Positions 56,671 through 62,288 of a stretch of 62,288 nucleotides of DNA are shown here, piece by piece; position 1 is the stretch's first letter, and each line of letters begins with the position of its first letter. The notes below the pieces were generated by a model. It saw only the letters and a list, made by a program, of their open reading frames with translations, had not been told where the DNA came from and made no database searches. Location of the stretch: assembly GCA_017535435.1 (NCBI GenBank), contig JAFXTY010000029.1:1-62288 (forward strand), written 5' to 3'. A program made the position numbers and the translations under genes. The DNA comes from Spirochaetia bacterium. Lineage in GTDB: Bacteria > Spirochaetota > Spirochaetia > CADAEX01.

Positions 56671-58197
56671 ATGGACATCGATATAAAGAACCTCCATCCA
56701 TTGGAGATCAAGGTTCTTCTGAACTACAAGGGCGATGATATCACTGCTGAGCAGATAGGATCCCAGCTGGGATTCGAGAGCCAGAGCAACCAGATTTTCA
56801 GCTGGCTGTCGGGCAAAGAGCTTATAAAGGAAAAGAGCAGGACACTCAGGACAATCTACGAGCTTACCGAGCTTGGTGCAGAGTACAAGGCAAAGGGGAC
56901 CCCTGCCGAGCGTATCCTGAATCTGGTGAAAGAGAAGGGGGCAATGAGCCTTCCGGAGATTGCTGCTGCCCTGGGCCTTGAGAACAAGGATGTAGGTACT
57001 GCCTTCGGTCAGCTCTCCAAAGAGGGAATTCTGGCTATGGATGCCGAGAAGAAGGCTTCTGTGAAGAACGGAGAGCCATCTGCTGCCATGAAAGCTGTAC
57101 GGGCACTGCTTGAGAAAGGAAACCAGATTCTGGATTCAGACCTTTCTGACGACGAGAAGAAGGCAATGGCCACTGTCAGCAAGAAGCGTGGTGCTGCCGC
57201 CGCTCCGTTCAAGGTGATTGAGCGCGAGGACCTGGTATACGAGTTCACAGCCGATGGTCTTGAGGCAAAGAAGATGCTCCAGGACAAGGGAGTGACAGGC
57301 GATGAGATCGGTGTTCTTACCCCAGACATGCTGAAGAAGGGCGACTGGAAGGGCAAGGCTTTCCGCAGCTACAATGTGAATACACCTCCTGCACGGCTTA
57401 TTATCGGTCGTCACAACCCATACACCGTATTCCTTGACAGCATCAAGGACAAGCTGGTTTCCCTGGGCTTTGAAGAATATGACGGACCGCTGGTGGAGGC
57501 AGAGTTCTGGAACTGCGATGCCCTCTTTATGCCTCAGTTCCATGCAGCCCGAGATATACATGATGTATATCACATCAAGACACCTACAATGGCAAAAGAT
57601 ATAGAGCAGCCATATCTGGACCGGGTGGCAGAAGTCCACAAGAACGGATGGACCACCGGAAGCCGGGGCTGGGGCTATGAGTTCGACCGGAATTTCACAA
57701 AGCGCCTTATCCTCAGGAGCCAGGGAACTGTACTTTCTGCAAAGCAGCTCCACAAGGCCAATGTTCCGGGCAAGTATTTCGGAATCGCACGGTGCTTCCG
57801 CTACGACAAAGTAGATGCAACACACCTTTCCGACTTCTACCAGACCGAGGGAATTGTGCTGGGCAAGGATGTGAACATGAAGACCCTGCTGGGACTTTTG
57901 AAAATGTTCGCTGTGGAGTTTGCCGGAGCCACCGAGGTTATGTATGTGCCTGGCTACTTCCCGTTCACCGAGCCATCGGTAGAGATCCACGTAAAGCACC
58001 CTGTACTGGGCTGGATTGAGCTGGGCGGCGCCGGAATCTTCAGACCGGAGGTCACCAAACCTATGGATGTGGATGTGCCTGTTCTGGCATGGGGTATCGG
58101 AATCGACAGAATGGCCCTGATGTCACTGGGACTCAACGACCTGCGTGAGCTTTTCTCACCTGATATCGAGAATGTCCGCTTAAGAAGGAGTAAATAA
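56671..58197 (+). CDS. pheS: Phenylalanyl-tRNA synthetase alpha subunit (long, archaeal-type)
   Basis: N-terminal wHTH domains; FWNCDALFMPQFHAARD, FRYDKVDATH, YFPFTEPS and ELGGAGIFRPE. Confidence 0.96.
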   Translation: MDIDIKNLHPLEIKVLLNYKGDDITAEQIGSQLGFESQSNQIFSWLSGKELIKEKSRTLRTIYELTELGAEYKAKGTPAERILNLVKEKGAMSLPEIAAALGLENKDVGTAFGQLSKEGILAMDAEKKASVKNGEPSAAMKAVRALLEKGNQILDSDLSDDEKKAMATVSKKRGAAAAPFKVIEREDLVYEFTADGLEAKKMLQDKGVTGDEIGVLTPDMLKKGDWKGKAFRSYNVNTPPARLIIGRHNPYTVFLDSIKDKLVSLGFEEYDGPLVEAEFWNCDALFMPQFHAARDIHDVYHIKTPTMAKDIEQPYLDRVAEVHKNGWTTGSRGWGYEFDRNFTKRLILRSQGTVLSAKQLHKANVPGKYFGIARCFRYDKVDATHLSDFYQTEGIVLGKDVNMKTLLGLLKMFAVEFAGATEVMYVPGYFPFTEPSVEIHVKHPVLGWIELGGAGIFRPEVTKPMDVDVPVLAWGIGIDRMALMSLGLNDLRELFSPDIENVRLRRSK

Positions 58198-58198
58198 G

Positions 58199-59905
58199 AT
58201 GCCAAAGATTGAAGTTTCTGCAAAAGCTCTTTACAAATATATGGGAAAAAAGGTCACAGGACAGGAGTTCATCGACCTGATCCAGTGCGCCAAGGCAGAG
58301 CTTGACGAGGAGGATGGCGACACCCTCAAGATCGAGCTTAACGATACAAACCGCCCAGACCTGTGGTCCACTGCAGGCTTCGGCCGGCTTCTGAAGCTGT
58401 ACCTGGGTGGCAAGATTCCTGAGTATCCGTTCTTCTCCCGCAAGGGTGATATCAAGGACAATGGCGGAAGGGAAGTTCACGTGGATCCATCCATCAAGGA
58501 TTACCGCCCTTACGAAGTATGCTTCATGGTGAAAGGCAAGGAGGGAATCTCTGAGGAAGGGCTTAAGGATATCATCCAGACCCAGGAGAAGCTGTGCTGG
58601 AACTATGGCCGCAAGAGAAAGTCCATTGCCATGGGTGTTTTCCGCAGCGATATGCTTAAGTTCCCTCTCAAGTACTATGCGGCAGACCCTGACAAGACCA
58701 AGTTCGCACCATTGGGCTTTGAGGAGAAGATGACACTGCGCCAGATTCTGGAGAAGCATCCCAAGGGAATCGAGTTCGGCCATATCATCAAAGATTTCCC
58801 TGTATACCCATATATCACCGACTGCGATGGCAATACCCTGAGCATGCCTCCTGTAATCAACTCCAACGAGAGCGGCGCAGTGGAAGTGGGCGACAAGAAC
58901 CTGGTGGTGGAGATCACCGGAACTGATATGCCTTCCCTGGTTCTCTCCGCATCAATCGTAGCCTGCGATCTGTACGACTCAGGCTTCGAGGTGCTCCCTG
59001 TAAAGGTTGTATATCCATATGACACACCTTTCGGAAGAGAACTGACTATTCCATACTACTTCCAGGAGCCGGTCACTGTGGATGTGGCTTATGTGAACAA
59101 GCTGCTGGGCGAGAAGTTCACTGCTGATGAGGCTGCTAAATACTGCCAGAAGATGGGAAGCAGGACCAAGGTTGAGGGCGATATCATCACAGTCTACCCG
59201 CCGGAATACAGAAACGACTTCCTCCACTCTGTGGATGCTATCGAGGATATCATGATCGGAAGGAACCTCAAGAACTTTGTTCCTGAGATGCCATCTGACT
59301 TCACAAAGGGAAAGATCTCTGACGAATCCCAGTTCGGCCGCCAGGTCAAGAATATCATGGTGGGCCTGGGGTACCAGGAGATGACATACTGCTATCTGGG
59401 CTCTGCAAAGGACTTCATCCAGAAGATGAACATCACACCGGAGAAGGTTGTGCAGATTGCAAACCCTATGAGCGAGAACTTCGAGTTTGTACGCCCCTCT
59501 GTCCTGCCATGCCTCCTGAACTCAGAGTCTATCTCCAGCAACGCAGTGTATCCGCATAACATCTTCGAGATCGGAAAAATCGCACTTATCAACCCGGAGG
59601 AGAACTACGGCGTAAGCACAATCAATGCGCTGGGTTTCCTGTCCGCTGACAAGGATACAACATTCAACACCCTTAATTCCCAGATCACAGCACTGTTCTA
59701 CTACATCGGAGCAGAGTACACCCTCAAGGAGGCCGAGGATCCACGGTTCATCACAGGACGCTGTGCCAAGGTCATCTCCGGTGGAAAGGAAGTTGGAATC
59801 ATGGGGGAGATCAATCCTGTGGTCCTTGAGAACTGGGGCATCCAGGTGCCATGTGCCGCATGCGAGCTGAACCTGGACATCATTCTTGCAGACAAGCAGA
59901 AGTGA
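58199..59905 (+). CDS. pheT: Phenylalanyl-tRNA synthetase beta subunit (short, archaeal-type)
   Basis: NRPDLWS, QTQEKL, LSMPPVINS and YRNDFLH.VD.IED; no C-terminal anticodon-binding domain. Confidence 0.95.
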   Translation: MPKIEVSAKALYKYMGKKVTGQEFIDLIQCAKAELDEEDGDTLKIELNDTNRPDLWSTAGFGRLLKLYLGGKIPEYPFFSRKGDIKDNGGREVHVDPSIKDYRPYEVCFMVKGKEGISEEGLKDIIQTQEKLCWNYGRKRKSIAMGVFRSDMLKFPLKYYAADPDKTKFAPLGFEEKMTLRQILEKHPKGIEFGHIIKDFPVYPYITDCDGNTLSMPPVINSNESGAVEVGDKNLVVEITGTDMPSLVLSASIVACDLYDSGFEVLPVKVVYPYDTPFGRELTIPYYFQEPVTVDVAYVNKLLGEKFTADEAAKYCQKMGSRTKVEGDIITVYPPEYRNDFLHSVDAIEDIMIGRNLKNFVPEMPSDFTKGKISDESQFGRQVKNIMVGLGYQEMTYCYLGSAKDFIQKMNITPEKVVQIANPMSENFEFVRPSVLPCLLNSESISSNAVYPHNIFEIGKIALINPEENYGVSTINALGFLSADKDTTFNTLNSQITALFYYIGAEYTLKEAEDPRFITGRCAKVISGGKEVGIMGEINPVVLENWGIQVPCAACELNLDIILADKQK

Positions 59906-59912
59906 GGTGATT

Positions 59913-60401
59913 ATGGACGTTAAGATCAAAGCTGTTCAGGCAGTGATTCCTGAGGATTCAAATATCATCGTGGGACAGTCCCATTTCATCAAGACTGTGG
60001 AGGACCTGGAGGAGATTATTGTCTCAGCAGTGCCCGGCATCCAGTACGGACTGGCTTTCAACGAGGCATCAGGTCCATGTCTGGTCCGCACCGGCGGCAA
60101 CGAGCCTTCTCTGGTGGAGGCTGCTAAAGAGAATGCACTGGCAACCAAAGCTGGCCATACCTTCTACCTGCTTATCAAGAAGGCGTTCCCTATCAATATT
60201 CTTAAGCAGATCCAGGCCTGCGGCGAAGTGGTGAACATCTATGCCGCAACTGCAAACCCGCTGCAGATTGTACTTGCCGAATCAGAGCAGGGCAACGGTA
60301 TCCTGGGTGTCATCGATGGATTTGCACCTAAGGGCGTTGAGGGCGATGCCGACAAGAAAGACCGGAAGGATATGCTGCGCCTGTTCGGGTATAAGTTCTA
60401 A
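59913..60401 (+). CDS. Adenosine-specific kinase family protein (DUF355)
   Basis: NIIVGQSHFIKTVEDL, AFNEASGPCL, ATANP.Q and GILGVIDG. ATG 59913. Confidence 0.85.
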   Translation: MDVKIKAVQAVIPEDSNIIVGQSHFIKTVEDLEEIIVSAVPGIQYGLAFNEASGPCLVRTGGNEPSLVEAAKENALATKAGHTFYLLIKKAFPINILKQIQACGEVVNIYAATANPLQIVLAESEQGNGILGVIDGFAPKGVEGDADKKDRKDMLRLFGYKF

Positions 60402-60406
60402 GCCTC

Positions 60407-61861
60407 TCAATCTTTCTTTCTGCTGAAGATGCACAGTCCGACGAAGGCCAGTAGAGCATTTAATAAAAGAATCTCAAAACCGAAGGTATAGCCGAACAGA
60501 AGCTCCTTTGAGTAGCGGTTTATCAGATAGCTTGCCACTGGCGATATGACTGCGATGAACGGGACTGCCTTGTCATAAACCCTGCGGTTTTTCAGCAGCA
60601 TGCCGAAACAGAACAAAGCCAGGAGTGGGCCATAGGTATAGCCTGCGATCATAAAGATTGTGGAGATTAGGGCATCGGAATGGAACGGTCTGAACCCCAC
60701 GATTATGATGAAGAAACAGGTGGTGAATATCACATGCATCATCTTGCGCAGTCTTATTTTCTTTTCCTCTGAAAGGTCTTTTCGTTTCTCAAAGCCGATG
60801 ACATCTACACAGAATGTGGTGGTGAGGGCTGCTATTGTGCCGTCTGCACTGGAATAACCGGCAGCTACAAGGCCAATCATGAACAGGATGGAAGTGACCG
60901 AGCCGGCCGACAATGCAATGGTTGAGAAAATAGCATCAGATTTCTGAGGAAGGACGATATGATTATTATCAGCATAGGCGAGGAGCAGAATTCCCAGACC
61001 CAGGAAAAGGACATTTATGAGGACAAACAGTGTGGCGGTGATAGACATGTTTTTCTGGGATTCCCGTGCGTTCCGACAGGAGAGATTCTTCTGCATCATA
61101 TCCTGGTCAAGACCTGTCATAGTGATGGTCAGGCAGATGCCTGATGCAAGCTGCTTCCAGAAGAAGGTGGCAGATCGCCAGTCGCTGTCATATATTCTCA
61201 TCTTTCCGGCTTCTCCCGCTTTCTTGAAGGCTGCGAAGAAAGTTGATCCAAGTCCTGTCTTAAGGAGATATAAAATTCCTGCTATGGCAAGGAGCATGCA
61301 GGTTGTCTGGAGCACATCGGTCCACACCACTGTCTTGATTCCACCCCGGAATGTATATAAAAGGATGAGGAACAGAATGATTGCAGCCAGAACCCAGAAA
61401 GGAAGACCTGATTCCTTAAATGCAAATTCGTATAGTATGAATACCACGATATAGAGCCGCAGGGCCGAGCCGATAAGCCTTGAGAGCATGAAGAGGAATG
61501 CCCCTGTGGTCTGGGTCCTGGCACCGAACCTCTCTCCAAGATAACTGTAGATGGAAGTAAGATGCAGCCTGTAATACAATGGAATCAGGATAAAGGCGAT
61601 TATGAGGAAACCTATGAAATTCCCGGCTACCACTCCAAGATAGGTGAACTGGCTCTGCCGAACATATCCAGGGACAGACATGAATGTGACCCCTGAAAGG
61701 AGGGTTCCTATCATTCCATAGGCTACAGCCATCCAGGGAGCCCTGTGGTTTCCTGTGAAATAAGCTTCATTGGAGTTTTCTTTGCCGGATACCAGACGTG
61801 ATACCACAAGCAGCAGGAGAAAGTATGAAAGCATCAAAGTACTTATTAAAAGAATAGACAA
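60407..61861 (-). CDS. Sodium:solute symporter family protein
   Basis: YFTGNH.APW, LSGVTFMSVPG, GLDQDMMQKNL and SSADG. Probable TTG start at 61861 after AAGGAG. Confidence 0.9.
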   Translation of the reverse strand: MSILLISTLMLSYFLLLLVVSRLVSGKENSNEAYFTGNHRAPWMAVAYGMIGTLLSGVTFMSVPGYVRQSQFTYLGVVAGNFIGFLIIAFILIPLYYRLHLTSIYSYLGERFGARTQTTGAFLFMLSRLIGSALRLYIVVFILYEFAFKESGLPFWVLAAIILFLILLYTFRGGIKTVVWTDVLQTTCMLLAIAGILYLLKTGLGSTFFAAFKKAGEAGKMRIYDSDWRSATFFWKQLASGICLTITMTGLDQDMMQKNLSCRNARESQKNMSITATLFVLINVLFLGLGILLLAYADNNHIVLPQKSDAIFSTIALSAGSVTSILFMIGLVAAGYSSADGTIAALTTTFCVDVIGFEKRKDLSEEKKIRLRKMMHVIFTTCFFIIIVGFRPFHSDALISTIFMIAGYTYGPLLALFCFGMLLKNRRVYDKAVPFIAVISPVASYLINRYSKELLFGYTFGFEILLLNALLAFVGLCIFSRKKD

Positions 61862-61922
61862 ATGTTTCTCTCCTTGTTTTTGACAGTATAATACATTTTT
61901 TATAATTGTCAAAAAACAGCTA

Positions 61923-61952
61923 TTGACTTTATGTGGAAATATGCCGTATATT
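61923..61952 (+). promoter_or_regulatory. Sigma70-type promoter for the small ORF
   Basis: TTGACT (61923-61928), 18-nt spacer, TATATT (61947-61952). Confidence 0.55.
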
Positions 61953-62009
61953 AATAGTGTATAACGAGTTTTTTGAAAACATATCCTTAGACAAAAGGAG
62001 GTAAAGTGA

Positions 62010-62126
62010 ATGATGAATGCATTCCTTATGCCAGCGCCTGATTTGATGAAGATAACAGGACGCGCAGTATTAGTGATGGCAGCAGTGCTTGCAATTGCGA
62101 CAATAGCTCACTGCTTGGGTTTCTGA
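62010..62126 (+). CDS. Small hydrophobic peptide (38 aa; not in the ORF track)
   Basis: AAGGAGGT 8 nt before ATG; MMNAFLMPAPDLMKITGRAVLVMAAVLAIATIAHCLGF; has its own promoter and terminator. Confidence 0.65.
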   Translation: MMNAFLMPAPDLMKITGRAVLVMAAVLAIATIAHCLGF

Positions 62127-62138
62127 AAAATTGGAGAA

Positions 62139-62163
62139 CGAACCGAAAGGTTCGCTTTTTTTT
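62139..62163 (+). terminator. Intrinsic terminator
   Basis: CGAACC-GAAA-GGTTCG followed by C and 8 T. Confidence 0.8.
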
Positions 62164-62165
62164 GC

Positions 62166-62288
62166 TCAGCGGCACTGAGCAATAGTCTTTCTTATTCCAG
62201 CTAAGAGTTCATCGTAATTGTGGGCCACACCGATGGTGGGGTTCTCGTCCACAATCCTCTGCGGAGGGCAGAAGAGCATTCCGCCGTC
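62166..62288 (-). CDS. thrH: 3' end of phosphoserine phosphatase/homoserine phosphotransferase (ThrH-like)
   Basis: DGGMLFCPPQRIVDENPTIGVAHNYDELLAGIRKTIAQCR* resembles the ThrH C-terminus (GILF.AP..V..EFP......Y.EL); only 40 aa are visible. Confidence 0.55.
   Translation of the reverse strand, partial: DGGMLFCPPQRIVDENPTIGVAHNYDELLAGIRKTIAQCR

Noticed and set aside
56671-59905. Archaeal-type PheRS (and long MetRS at 25914) as novel horizontal transfer
   Set aside because: Already established for spirochaetes; used only as a taxonomic clue.

Overview
A chromosomal segment from an anaerobic spirochaete (Spirochaetia). The assignment rests on archaeal-type PheRS, long MetRS, FemAB, the TPR-mltD pair and spirochaetal lipoproteins. 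Most of the window is housekeeping: cstA, serC/serA/thrH, rex, nth, metG, dinB, a Zn-type ABC transporter, icd, tig-clpP-clpX, argF, pheS/pheT and six tRNAs. No CRISPR array, integrase or transposase was seen. The most unusual items are: (1) a translationally coupled seven-gene RND-like operon just after tRNA-Pro, with a TPR lipoprotein, TolC, an adaptor, two Ig-repeat lipoproteins and two AcrB-like subunits; the second subunit is truncated, lacks the proton-relay motif and carries an in-frame, AT-rich ~275-aa domain resembling phage polyvalent-protein domains; (2) a 117-aa protein matching the eukaryotic Janus/Ocnus (PHPT1) phosphohistidine phosphatase motifs, coupled to a HydE-like radical SAM gene; (3) an array of three tiny ORFs (acidic peptide, orphan HicA, Cys-rich peptide) separated by a repeated hairpin+RBS cassette, downstream of an XRE regulator; (4) a Tyr-specific T-box riboswitch in front of a sodium:solute symporter; (5) a Cys/His-rich ribbon-helix-helix regulator with a tandem operator heading the Zn ABC operon; (6) a perfect Rex operator in front of a rex-serC-serA operon. 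All family assignments come from motif recognition by eye; no database searches were run.
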